A stretch of 64,000 bases of DNA, from assembly GCF_009834535.1 (NCBI RefSeq), contig NC_045697.1, forward strand, positions 34,288,001-34,352,000, given 5' to 3'. The position numbers and the translations under genes were made by a program. The stretch is from Camelus ferus (lineage: Eukaryota). Position 1 is the first letter of the stretch. Each line of letters opens with the position of its first letter. The notes under the pieces were generated by a model. It was not told the origin of the DNA. It saw only the letters and a list, made by a program, of their open reading frames with translations, and did not search any database. This document shows, piece by piece, positions 40,942-53,307 of this stretch.

Positions 40942-41569
40942 CTGTTATAAACAGTGGGCCATATTACTGTCAACAGACAAAAACCCCAGACCAGCTAATT
41001 TATCCATTTGCAAGTGGGATGATATGGAGACATTATCACTGAAGACAAGGACGGTCCTCGCAAAACTGAAACAGCCAAAGTGAACTTGACTTTCTTCTGT
41101 CTGCTTAACAGCTTCTTTGCCCTTCATCCTTGGAATCATCTCTCCAGATCAGCTGTTTTGTGTCTTTATGCTTGCCAGCAATTAACTCTTTTTCTGAATG
41201 GACAACCTAACAATTGTTGGAGCCTGAAATGGCCCATAAAGTCAGTGCTTCTAACTACTCAGCTGCCTTTCCTTCAATGTGTCAAATTGCTTCCTTTCCT
41301 AATCTTTCTACCTGGTGGGCAGGTCCTTGATTCCATTTCTCCACCTGATCATCCTACATTGCCAAAGTCACTGAATGCTTTGCACTTGAAGGAATCAAGG
41401 CTTGATCTTCACCATTACCTTCAGAACCCTTAATGTAACAGCAGCATCCATAGCTAATGGGCCCTGGGAGTTAACTGTGTTTAAAATAAATACCTGGAAT
41501 AGTAAAGTCATCTCTACAGTTTACTTTTTACTTATTTATTTTTTTGGTAACAGCTTTATTTCCCTGAAG

Positions 41570-41755
41570 GGGTGCACCATTCCTGCGAGTGCTGTACTAC
41601 CAGGTCGCTGCATGGAGTGGACGGGGCAAGCTCCTATTCCAACTCCCTGCTCCAGAAATCCATGTAACATGTTGTCCTCGGATAGAGACATATCAGATAT
41701 GAAACTGTAAGAGCAGATACTACACATGATCTTAGCCAAAAGGCCGAGAAGTGAC
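41570..41755 (-). pseudogene. RNU2: Full-length U2 snRNA retropseudogene in CORIN intron ~12
   Basis: Minus strand GTCACTTCTCGGCCTTTTGGCTAAGATCATGTGTAGTATCTG...CTATCCGAGGACAA...GGAATAGGAGCTTGCCCCGTCCACTCC...GGTGCACC matches U2 end to end. Sm site mutated (ATTTCTG); A-rich tail; degenerate TSD. Confidence 0.95.
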
Positions 41756-41972
41756 TGCAATTTACTTTCAAAATGAAGGCAATGTCTAACAGATCTAACA
41801 TCAGCTTCTTCAATGTAATGAAGTTTATAGATTCACCACCTAGGTAGCCTTTCTATTGGTAACTAAATAAAAACAACAACAGAGAAACTTCTAAAGGCAG
41901 CCGATATATTCATCCATGTTAGATATCCTAGATATCCGCCCCCCCCCCCCGCAATTAACTTAAAAAATTAAC

Positions 41973-42118
41973 CTTCCACATCTTCGTCAGGCATGAGGCA
42001 GGTTTGATTGTCTGAATTTTCCTCTGGAAATTGATTGCAATCTGTGTCTTCCGGCCACTGGAGGCCCACGATCCCAAGAACAGACTCACAGCGTTCTTTG
42101 GAATGCTCACACAGAGTT
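41973..42118 (-). CDS. CORIN: CORIN exon ~12, frizzled CRD 2 C-terminal part (146 bp)
   Basis: TLCEHSKERCESVLGIVGLQWPEDTDCNQFPEENSDNQTCLMPDEDVE; acceptor ttAG, donor GTtaat. Confidence 0.95.
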
Positions 42119-43753
42119 CTAAAAGAGCAAGAAAGACAAAACATTACAAGTAGAAATAGCTACACCTGAGACATATGTTAGGCATCCATGTAGGGTTGTA
42201 ATTCTGTGTGGGTCGGTGTGTATATGTGATGTGTGTATGCTGGGTGTGTGTACCAATATGTACATGGATGCATATGTACATCATAGACACTTAGGAAACC
42301 AAAATGAGTTACATCACTACAAAGGGGATACATCCCAGAAACATCCTTCCTCCAACAGAGGCTCCATTACAGAAACGGAAATAGAGCTGCTCCCAGGACA
42401 CAGGTTCCCCCCTCCAGTTTACCTTTCTTGTTTTCTTTTCTGTCCTTCAGGCAGACACATTCTCCAGTGTTTTTATTTCAATCACTTTGGACAGTCTGCC
42501 GACAAGAGTTGCGAATTCTACACAACACCCTCAACCTCAGCTTCCTCGGGCCCCATCATATGAGCCATTGCATGTGCCAACCTGGCTTAACTAAGACATT
42601 ACTTCAGCTTACAACCAGCATTGTTGAAAAACTTGGTACTTCTTTCAAACCCATCCATGTTGAGCTCAAGTTGGTAAAAATAGAGCCTGTGGGGTTTTGT
42701 TAAAGAAAAAATACGCTAAGCATTGTATCAGGTGCTTTCAGGTGTGTTATCTCGTTGGTACCCAGAATATTTTAAAATTGAGGGTATTAGCATGTCTCAA
42801 AGAAGATGCCTTTACTTCCTATGGGGGAAAAAACCCCATAATTTGACCTCAATAGTTAACCAAGAAAGTAGTTAAAAATTTTAAGTAGATGCAATCAAAG
42901 TAAGTTTCTAGTTAAATTTCTTATTTCCTTTTAAATACATTCTCATTTCTTCAAAGTCCCAAACTTTAAACTATTAAGTTAATTTTAACAAGGTAAGGAA
43001 TGGTTATCAATTGAATGGAGATGTTTCAGAGAAAGCCCCATCTAGATTTAAGTCTGTCTAGAGTTAAGTTAAGACAGAGCATAACTTGACACTGGTTTAG
43101 CCTAGGAATTTGGGGCAAAGACGAAGCCATGGTGTTCCCCTATTAGGTTTGCAAAAATAGGAAGTTTGATAGTGTTCAATAATTCTGTTGGACTGAATCG
43201 TTTTGTTGCAGATTTATTTTTTAAATATATATAACTCAATTGCTGATATTTTAAATTAATCAAAAGATACCTAATTTAAATGGAAGACCATATAGTGCTG
43301 ACTCTACCACTTTTTTTTTTCCTTATAAGATGGAAATACAATATGCAGCATTACAATGCCATGGGACTTATTCTTATCATAACCTGTGTGGTGCTCAGCC
43401 ACAGGGACCACAGTCCAAACGGCAGGGGCCTCTCTCCAAAGGTTATTTTGAGGATGAGAACCACCCTGAAGTATTTCGCACGTTGTAAGGGCTCAATCGT
43501 GTTAGAGTTTTCCGACTCATAACATAAAAACTGAACTTTAAGATCCACAAACAAGCACGACAAAAGCAACTATGTATTACTCCAGGAACATATTGGTCTA
43601 TTATTCTTGCCATAGTACAAAAACTTTTTCTTATAAACAAATATCAAAATGTAAAGTTCATCTTGATAGTCACTGAAAATGAAAGATGTATGTGTCAACC
43701 TAAGAAGCAAACATCCAGACGATGTTCACCAAAATGTTGACTGAGTAACATGT

Positions 43754-44345
43754 CAGGACCAGTCTCACCGTAGGCATTTTAATATGAAACTTAAGTCCTA
43801 AAATTATCAGTCGTATGTGGATGTAAATTTGTTCCAGAGAACACCGCATTAGGGAAGTTTTTCTATACATTTGAAAAGAAAGTCAAATACAAGACTGTGT
43901 TAAGTACTATTAAAAGTAATTATTCACTATCATCCACCTTGCTCAGCGAAAGTGGAATAAGATTTATAAATAACTTGTTAACATAAAATCGGTAGATGCT
44001 TTATTAGTGATACTTTAAGAAGCATTTAACAGCAATTTCCAGAATTATGTTCGCACTAGCCAACATGAAGTTTGACTCTCTCCATTTGTATAATTTGTCC
44101 CATTCCCCAAGTCATTTTGAAATTTTATTGTTTCCTGTCCCAATTCTACAGATGCCCCTGCCTCGTCGTCCATTTGCTATTTAGGTGTATAATTTATTAT
44201 TTTCCTGTCTGTCCACTCTAGTGATATTATTGCTCGCTCTTAAAGCTCAGAGTGACTTCTGATCCCAACACATGGTTTCCATAGTTCCCACTCACATTTA
44301 GGCAGGCACATCTGATTTTTCACCCCATGATGGAAAGCAGCCCTG
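43754..44345. mobile_element. Probable hAT-Tip100-like DNA transposon remnant
   Basis: CAGGACCAGT... start and ...GCAGCCCTG end resemble CAGG terminal repeats; AT-rich interior. Confidence 0.4.
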
Positions 44346-45182
44346 AGAAGAAGGGCCCCCACCCTGCACACAGGCACGTCCCCTGACTACAACCCCTCCC
44401 TGCGGCACAGAAGAGGGACCACACCGCCACAGGCAGTTAGCTGTGCTCCTGTCCTATCCCTGGAGCTCCGTTCAGTGTGGGCTTACTATCAGTCAGAAGC
44501 ACTTTACATTGATGTACATTCATTGAGTCTCACAACCACCCAACTCAACAGCCATCACTATCCGGATCTTACAGGTAAGGGAACTGAGGCTGGAAGAATC
44601 GAGGAACCTGTCTCAGGCTACAAGCAGCTGCAGGAGAGCCAGGACTTGAATCAAGAGGTGGACTTCAGAGTAATACTCTTAACCCACAGGACATCCCTCA
44701 TATCCTAAGTCCAAGCCACACTCTTGACATGCTGTCCTGTATTTCATCCAAGCAGGTAGAAAAACAGCAATGTCCATCCCCTGCCCAACCTGTGAGGCTC
44801 CTTCGGACCACTCTCTGTGCAACGTCTCCTGATTTTTGATGCCATCAGAAGGCAGCATTTGAAACACATCCCCATTGCTGGAGAAAGAGACACACCATCT
44901 TCTCCTGACTCACATTTTAAAAAACACTTCGTGATCCACCAAAATGAAATGTGTGATTTTACTTGACTAAAGGCCATGAACCATTACGAAAGGCAGTTCG
45001 TGATTCTCTCTCAGATATTCATGGTAGAATTCCTACTTCTTTGTCTTTTAAATACATGATTTGTTAAACACAGAGCTCGTTAGCAAAATACGTATTTTGT
45101 CAAAACTCAGACTAAGTCTTCATTCCCTTGGTTCTCCCTGAGGGAAAATGAGGATGCTTGGGGGGAGACCCCAATGTACTAC

Positions 45183-45414
45183 CTGCAAGGGGGGATACGC
45201 TGGCTTGTATTCACGTCACACTTTGGTACCAAGATGGTGCAAGCGAAGAACATGAGGTATTTGTAACAGTTGGTCTGAACAAGTGCAGGGAAGAGAGAGG
45301 ACTCCCAGCTGATGGATGCTTCCTTTTGTGTCCTGTGGCCAAGGTAATTTGGATAACTTGTATGGTTGTAGGGCAAATTCATGCAGAGTTCCAACGTAAT
45401 TGTCTCACACTGAC
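45183..45414 (-). CDS. CORIN: CORIN exon ~11, frizzled CRD 2 N-terminal part (232 bp)
   Basis: SQCETITLELCMNLPYNHTSYPNYLGHRTQKEASISWESSLFPALVQTNCYKYLMFFACTILVPKCDVNTSQRIPPCR; acceptor ttAG, donor GTagta. Confidence 0.96.
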
Positions 45415-45544
45415 CTAACAAAAAACACACATACAGATATACATATTACATAATTGTTTAATTTCACATGTAAGACAATTTCTTAAAAGCTTACAAAATT
45501 AAAGTCTATCTTACCCTCTTTCTTTAAAGTAGCTAAGATAAGAA

Positions 45545-45698
45545 TGAACTATATTCAATACCTTGCAATAGCTTACAATGAAAAAGAATAAGAAAAGAAA
45601 TATATTTATGTATAATTGAATCACTATGTTGTACCCCAGAAACTAACAAAACATTAAACTGACTATACCTCAATTAAAAAATAATAAAATAAAATAAA
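45545..45698 (+). mobile_element. Short LINE-1 3' end
   Basis: gaactatattcaataccttg...gaatcactatgttgtaccccagaaactaac; (AAAAT)n tail. Confidence 0.85.
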
Positions 45699-45725
45699 CT
45701 GGACCTCACTAAAATTAAGAACATC

Positions 45726-46143
45726 ACCAGTATATATACACAATGGAATACTACTCAGCCATAAAAAAGAATGAAATCTTGCCATTTATAACAACATGGA
45801 TGGACTTTGAGGGAATTACACTAAGCAAAATAAGACAGATGGAGAAAGACAAATATTGTATGATTTTACTCATATGTGGAATCAAATAAAAAGAAAATCA
45901 AAAAAACAAAACAAAACAGAAACAAACTCATAGATACAGAAAACAGATTAGTGGTTACCAGAGGGGAAGCTGGTAGGGGATTAAGGAGTTGGCTAAATGA
46001 GTGAAGGGGACTAATTATATGGTAACAGATGTGAATTAGACTTTTGGTGGTGATCACTCTGTAGTGTTTACAGATAATCAAATTATAATGTTGTGTACCT
46101 GAAAGTTAGGTAATGTAATATATCAATTATACTTCAATTTAAG
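45726..46143 (+). mobile_element. LINE-1 3' end (older subfamily) with TSD AAA(A/T)TTAAGAACATC
   Basis: caatggaatactactcagccataaaaaagaatgaaatcttgcc; direct repeat at ~45711-45725 and ~46144-46158. Confidence 0.88.
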
Positions 46144-48461
46144 AAATTTAAGAACATCTGTTTACCTAAAAGAAAAAAAAGAAGAAGAGAGTGAAAAGTA
46201 TATGTACATATAATCTAGAAAATGTAAAGAACCCTTATACATTAAAAAGGCAAATAAAAATAATATAGTCATGGAAGTGATATTCATTAAAAAAATCAAT
46301 GAGCTTGGCTAAATAAGCAATTATATGACTTTCTAATACATGTTTTATTATTGTTCATTGTATAATGCTACATGATTTAAGGGCAAGAGGAGGCGGAGGT
46401 CCATTTGCTATCCATTGCCAGTGAGATGATTCCTCACCCTTTATCTTGGCATCCAAGGCTATTTCATACTCCAAACCATAGCCCAACTTTCCAGCCTCAT
46501 CACCAGTGACTATCTCACCAGCAGTATATTCTTAGTAACACCAGACGTTTTAAGAATTGCATGCCTTTGTGGGCCCTGTGAGCTTCTCTTTTATCCCCTT
46601 CTTCCCTTCACACACTTGTAAACACCCTTCAAACACAATCATGCTTCTAGCTGCCAAGTGAATAGAGCACCTACTGCCTGGAATCATCTTTTACATCCTC
46701 CCCATCAAGCAAATTCATCCTCTGTCTGTAGCACTCAGCACAAACACCACTTCCAGGAAGCCTTCCTGGCCAACCACCCATCCCCGCCCACTCCCAACAG
46801 GAATCTCTGCTGAGAGCCACAGAGTCACCTGCCATGCACATTGCCCTCTGCTCTATTCTTGACTGACTTACTTGCCCACCCCCACCGAATTCTGAGATTT
46901 TTGTGAAATGAGACTTTATATCTTGATCTCAAAGCCTACATCTAACACAGTGCGAGAATTAAGGAAGGAAGGGGTTGGGGGAGAGTCAGCAATGTAAAAA
47001 CATTTCAAATGTAAAAATATTGAAGAATAGAGCCCCTGCCATTAAAGTACTCTAAGTCTTCAGAGAAGAAAGACACAGATGAGGTAGCCATGGCATAACG
47101 TGAACAGGCCAGGATTAGCCGTATTGAACAAAATGCTGAGTCCAGGGCGACGAGGTGGGCAAGAGCAGCTGGTGGAGCCTTCCCAGGGTAAGTGGGGTTT
47201 GAGTAGGTCTTGCAGTACAAAGGCTTCCAGCTGCCTCTCTGTCTGCGGAAGATGCGCCACATTCCGGGCGAACAGAAGTAATCAAAGGAGTGGCTTGGGG
47301 GAATCAAGCCCACCGAAGACTTCACACCTTTTTAAGACTAATTATTCAAATTGAATTTAATGACTTGACTAAGAAGTGGTACGCAGGCAAGCTGATTAGC
47401 AAGAAGGACTGCAGTGAAATATTAAAACATCTCTGGGACTATTTCTCAATTTAAAGAATCTGAGGGCTTTGCGGAGGTGTTGCTGATGAACTCTGACGTT
47501 GGCCAGATTAAAAACTCTCCTGCACCAAGTGTATAAGACTCAGTTTACTGGGGAAGAAGGAACACTGGAAAGTGTGCACAGTCCTGAGGATGCCAACAGG
47601 GTGGAGAGAAGAGAAAGAGATGGAGGAGGTGTGGGTGGGATGGGCTCAGCTGGTCACTTCTTCCATTCGTGAAAGAGGAATAATGTAAGGTGTTTCGGTT
47701 TCAGATTACACACAAAAAATGCATATTCTTTAAAACAATAAAAACAATACAAAGATGCACACAGGAAAAGCCCATTACCTTCCCACCCCTTTTCTCTTAA
47801 CTTCCCTCAAAGCAAACAGGTGGGTTTAATCCTCCCATGCCTTTCACTTGCTCATATTGACACATACAAACATTTACACACACAGGCAGAGATTCGTCTT
47901 TGCTTTTGCCAAAGTAGAATTGTACTACTCCTGTTCCTCTTCAACTTGCTTTTGATGCTTAATTGCCTATCATGACCATCATGACAAATCAGTAGATGCA
48001 GTTCAAACTCTATTTTTCCTAATTTCTTTAATATGTTTATAATTTTAAAAAAACTGGGATCACTCACACACATTTTGATGTAGTCTTTTTTTCCCTGCAT
48101 ATACCTTTTCTTTCTCTCTCTTCCTCAATCACCCTATCAAGTTTTTACTTTTCATTGGTTTATTCCATTGAGATGATTTGTAGACATATCACATGGGTAA
48201 CTTTTCTCTCTTTTGATATGTGGTGGATGTATCAGTTTTGATTTGGGATAAGACAGAATCTTTAAGCTGTTTAGAGTCAAGGGAGATGAAAGGAGTAAGT
48301 TATGATCATATATCATTCTGAGATCTTAAGTGAATGTGGTTAAGGTTGATTGAATCTTGTTTTGTTCCTTCATAAAGGCATTCTTCAGAATGCTAAGCAA
48401 GATAAAATCTCAAGATATCTGGCAGCCTCAAATTCTATGATTTATGGTATCAGTAAACTTT

Positions 48462-48668
48462 TTTAATTTCAGAGTTTGTTGTTTAGTTTTAGGATGGTCA
48501 GTTTACAACATGTCAGTTTCTGGTGTACAGCATGTTTTAGTCATACATATTCATATATTTCTTTTCAATTCTTCTTCATTTCCATTATAGGTTACTACAA
48601 GATACTGAATATAGTTCCCTGTGCTATACAGAATGAACTTGTTGTTTATCTGTTTTATATATAGTCTG
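48462..48668 (-). mobile_element. Short LINE-1 3' end, sense to CORIN; TSD ATCA(G/A)TAAACTT
   Basis: Reverse complement of the L1 3' UTR (tcagtttctggtgtacagca, atagttccctgtgctataca). Confidence 0.88.
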
Positions 48669-49129
48669 CAATCAATAAACTTCCTAAGCTTAAGCATTAG
48701 ACTCACTCATGACTGATTTACAACAGCCACTAGAGGGCAATCGCATCACAAACATGTGGGAACGTTTTGCTGTTGCAGGGCCGTTTTCAGAGTTTGAAAG
48801 GTATCCTGAACACAGACAAGGTTTATTAAATATCTCTTGAAAAACTAATCCTGATGGAGTCTGAACGATAGACCACCTTTCAAAGTCTGAAACAAGATTT
48901 GTTAAATTCAACCTAAAGACAGTTTGTTAACTAAATGATATTACATCTTTATCGTGATGTAATACCTCAAGCCTTTGGAAATCATGTACTATGGTGGTTA
49001 TTCACATGGGAAGACGTCACTTTCAACATCCATTAGCATATATATGATTCCAAGATTCATTTTTGCATCAAACTTTAAATCTCTCTTTATCATTATTATT
49101 TTTAATAACTTGAAGAGCTATATTACAAG

Positions 49130-49780
49130 GTGAACATCCTTGTAGTTAACCCAGGTCAAGAAACTGAACTTTGCCAAGCATCCCAGACACCCTCCATATA
49201 CAATGTCTTATGTCAACTTCTCCTTCCCCTACGAAGAACCTACTGAGTTTCAGAGTTATCCCTTCTTTACTCTTCTTTATAGTTTTACTATCTGAGTATA
49301 CACCACACCCTAGACACCACAGTTTAGGATGACCCATTTTTGAAAACCTATTTTGTCTTTCAAGTCTCTTACAGTGTCTGTGTTCCCTTTCCACCTCTTG
49401 ATGTTTTCTCAACTATTGAAGAAACCAGGGATTTGACCTGCAGCATGTGCTGGTTGGATTTTGCTGATTGCACGCTCATGGTGAGATTGAACACGATCCC
49501 CCATCCTCCTGGTTTCCCAACAGCAGCTGAATCCGGGGGGTTGATTAGGTTTCATCCCTTTGGCAAGACTCGAGGTGCTACCCTGTTCTTTCCTCAGAAG
49601 ACACATCTACCTGATTGCTTTTCATGATGTCTACAGCTGCACATCCATGATCAGTGACTTGACCCGTTAATTCACTTCATTACCAAATGAAGTGTTCTAA
49701 TTCAATCATGTATCTTTCACTTGTTAGTTAGGAATGCTTTTAGAAAGAGATCATTCCTCTCTTCTATGATTTGCTCCCGA
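49130..49780 (-). mobile_element. Old L1M 3' fragments
   Basis: aacccaggtcaagaaactgaactttgccaagcatcccaga; ttgaagaaaccagg...tggattttgctgattgc. Confidence 0.55.
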
Positions 49781-49920
49781 GAACTAAAGCCCTTAAACAT
49801 TATGTTTGGCTTTTTTGTTTTTATAATACACCCTTACACCATTTGTTCCTTCCAACTAGAGATTGCAAAGGGAGGGAAGGAAATTGATAGGCCACTGGGA
49901 AATTATTCAAAGGTTCGTTT

Positions 49921-51464
49921 CTTCCTAGAAATAACTTTTCGATGGCAGTGGGGGAGTCATACTCCCATCTTCCCACTCATTTATGTGACTTTGGTTTTCT
50001 CTTTATGTTCTTCTTTCCCAAGGGTCTCACTGTCTAATCAGCTACTTCATTCACCATAGATGTTCTTGCCAGGTTCTCTCCAGATACATTTAACAAATCT
50101 TCGAACACCCCTGCCTCTGCATGCCAGATACTGGGCTAGTCATTGGTCCCCATTTCTTCTGTGCTATTAAAAATAAGTGTTGAAGAAAAAAGTATAGAGT
50201 AAACATGTAGACCTAAGGGTTCATGGGACACTATGGGAAACCACAAGGGTCCTTGAGGTACAACAGTTATGCCGGCTTCACACAGCCCTGGCATGTGAGG
50301 GCACAGAGATGCGGGGAGAGACACACGCCCAGGAGCTGCTCTTCCCACCAGGCTCTCCCAGCTGTCCGCACTGCACACTACGCGACGGAAGTGATGGGTC
50401 AGCCCCTCCACACCACGGTGAGGGGGAATAACAGTCCAGGTCCTAACCCCTAAGGCAAGAATATATCTGCACTTTGCCTCCCAGCAGGGTGCAAATGTTT
50501 TAAAGATTCTGGGCTGGAGTGGATGTGGTGACACTGTGATACTTCAAGCCGTCAGTACACAATCATCTGAAACATGTAATTTAGGCTTTTTAAAGAAAAT
50601 TTTTAGGCCTTTCTGGGGATCTGAGATAAAGCATGGAACTTCTCCATTAAAAAACATGAAAACCATAAAGATATTTCTCACATCCAATTTCAGAAATGTC
50701 ACTACCCCCAGCATTCTAGTCATGAACAGGCCACTAAAGCAATGACTCTCAACCTTGGCTGCAAAATGTCACCTGGGGAATTTTGAAACTACTGATGCTT
50801 GGGTCCCACCCAGTATACCTTCAGGGACCATTAGAAAGTAATATAATAGTTTATGGGATGGCAAGAACCACTGTCTTCAAGGACAAGCCTCCCAGCCACT
50901 CCAGTGAGAGGCTGACTCCACCAGACAGAATATCCAAATTCTCCAAACTCATATTCTCCACTGGCAGGGAGCCAGAGAAAGACAGTGCTGCCCAGTGCCC
51001 CAGAATCTAAATGGCAATGGTCTCTGACGGTGACAAAGGTCTCTAAATAATTCATCACATTTTCAAGCACATGAAGAGTTTTCCGAGAGGAGATGCTACT
51101 TGTCCATGTTTCCAGAGAGCCAAGTACACACATACCACCCTGAAGCTCTTTGAAAAGTAAGGAATAGCATCTTTATTCTCAACTGGAAGTTAGGCATATA
51201 CACTGTTTTCAATAACACAGAAGGAATGGGGACCAATGACGAGCCCAGTACCTGGTACTCAGAAGAGAGGGTGTTCAAATGTTTGGTGAATATATACAGA
51301 GAGAACCTGGCAAGAAAACCTATGGTGAATGAGGAAGCTGATGAGACAGTGAGACCCTGGGAAACTGAGTGCATCTGAAGAACATAAAGAGAAAACCAAA
51401 GTCATAATATGTAAGCGGGAAGATGTCAGTATGTGTCCCCCATTGAACAGTTGTCTCCAGGAAG
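49921..51464. repeat. Diverged inverted duplication; arms 49921-50180 and 51200-51464
   Basis: Arms align in reverse complement over ~260 bp, e.g. tgactttggttttctctttatgttcttc, agggtctcactgtct, ttcttgccaggttctct, gtcattggtccccatt. Confidence 0.93.
50738..50872. mobile_element. MER5-like hAT MITE fragment
   Basis: ctctcaaccttggctgc...tcacctggggaattttgaaactactgatgcttgggtcccaccc...agaaccactg. Confidence 0.65.
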
Positions 51465-53199
51465 GCTAGACTCATGTCTTCCTTCCTTGCCGTTAAAGTG
51501 CCCAGCACCCATCCCAGTGCCTGGGACATCACAAGCACGCTATTAATATTGGTTAAATATACATCTGACCCAAGTTATCTAGTGTCCTTCCAACAATTTC
51601 TCTTTTTTTAATGGGTGATTACATATTTTTAATCTTGAAATATTTTAAGTACAGAGAAAGAAAGTAGGATAACATAGGCCCGTTACTCCCCGCCTAACTA
51701 GGACACGGGCTAACGCTGCTGTTTCAACTTTTTTAAAAATCTTACAGTAAGTGCCATTCCACATCAGACAACCCCCAAAACTCTAATAAAATACACGTGT
51801 CTGAGACAACACTGACATTGTTCAAAATTCTGCATCCCAAGGTCAAGGTGAAGTAAAAAAATAATTCTGAAAGAGTTCCAGGGCAGACTTGGGAGATAAG
51901 CAAAGTCAAACAGTACATGTATACACCTACATACACATACACACATATACACATACATATGTACACACATACACGTATATTTAATCAGTGTAGAGTGAGC
52001 AAAATGACCGTGCGTCTTGGTGGTCAGGCTGCTATCTATCTGAACGGTTCTCTCCGGTGGGGAAGGGAGGAGGGCTGGCTACTGCACTTCCAGCCAAACA
52101 GCCATTAAGAGCTTGTGAAAATAAACAAAAAAGCATGTCAGTCTCAGTTTTTAATTGGCTGTCTCCTTCACACTCCTGTCCAGCTCACTGCTCTCACCCC
52201 TTGAAGTCCCCTAGGGGGTAAAGGCCCGCTTACAAGCTCTGCATTGACCCAGGAAGGTCACGGAGTCGAATCAGGATCCGAAAGCGTCAACAAATTCCAG
52301 GACCCAAACCCTTCAGCCTTTCGGCCTCCCAGCCTCCAGGGGCCCTCATTGCTAGGATCTGTGCCAGGAAGTCACGCCTTCTTGCCAGCTGAAAGCTGAT
52401 AGACGTGCTTCTAAATCTCAAGCCCAAGCTGACAGGGAGGCCAAAAATTAATTATCAGAAGTGAAAGAAGTGAGCAGAAAATGAAAGCAGAGCCCAGAAG
52501 TAAGAAACCGTCACTTGAAATCAGAGCCTTCAGGGGTTTTCGTTTTAAATTTCCCACAAGACTTTCTGCTCCTCCTACTCATCCCACCTTCCCCTAATCC
52601 TTCCTCCTCCTGCAGCCAGTTTAGAGAGAGCCACCTGTCTGGACCACTTGGAGCGGTTCCACTGTCACGGACACAGATTAACATCATGGCCGCAAGATCG
52701 TTATGATAGACCAGCAAAGTTCCTGGAAGGGTGAGGATAAATTTTATTACGAGAACAGATCGCCAAAGTTTCATGTGGCTGTTTAGATGAACGTCATATT
52801 TGCTTCTTGGATAAAGTTTCCATTTTTGAAGCTGGGCTTTAAAAAGGAAGAAAGATAGCATCTGCCGGCTGATGGATCCAAGAAAATAATATATAGGAGC
52901 CGACGCTAAATGGAAAGTCATGGTAATGACATTCAGCAACATGGACTCATCGCCCATGCATGAGGACACATTTGTTTATGATTTAAGTAAGGCCATTTTG
53001 CTTCTTTTCTGCTACCACGTGGAAACTTAAAAAAAAGAGATCATATATATATAATTTATATATATAATATATATATACACACACACACATACATATCTTG
53101 GAGGGATTCCAGGCTTCAGCATTTTAATGTCAACGCAAAAGGAAAAAGCTGAATGCATATCCTGATGCGGTGACTGTCTTTGTCAGCGGCTGTACTTAC

Positions 53200-53307
53200 T
53201 ACAGTTATTCAGACTGTTGCCGGGGTCACAAGGAGCGCTGCCACCACATGAATCAAGGCAGGAGTTGTACAGGCATCTTTGGTCTCCTTCTTGACACGGA
53301 GTCTGAC
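53200..53307 (-). CDS. CORIN: CORIN exon ~10, degenerate LDLR-A repeat 5 (108 bp)
   Basis: GQTPCQEGDQRCLYNSCLDSCGGSAPCDPGNSLNNC; acceptor gcAG, donor GTaag. Confidence 0.95.

Noticed and set aside
41570..41755. Functional U2 snRNA gene
   Set aside because: Sm site mutated, many substitutions, TSD and A-tail present; the upstream ~220 nt is CORIN intron with no evident PSE/DSE.
45177..45182. Exon 11 donor begins GTAGTA, identical to the U2 branch-pairing hexamer
   Set aside because: Coincidental; a plausible ordinary GT donor variant.
47005..47354. Overlapping ORFs and GC-richer patch suggesting a processed pseudogene
   Set aside because: No recognisable protein similarity, polyA tail or TSD.
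52511..52969. 152-aa minus-strand ORF in intron 10
   Set aside because: No recognisable domain, no place in the CORIN exon chain, and composition typical of a chance ORF.
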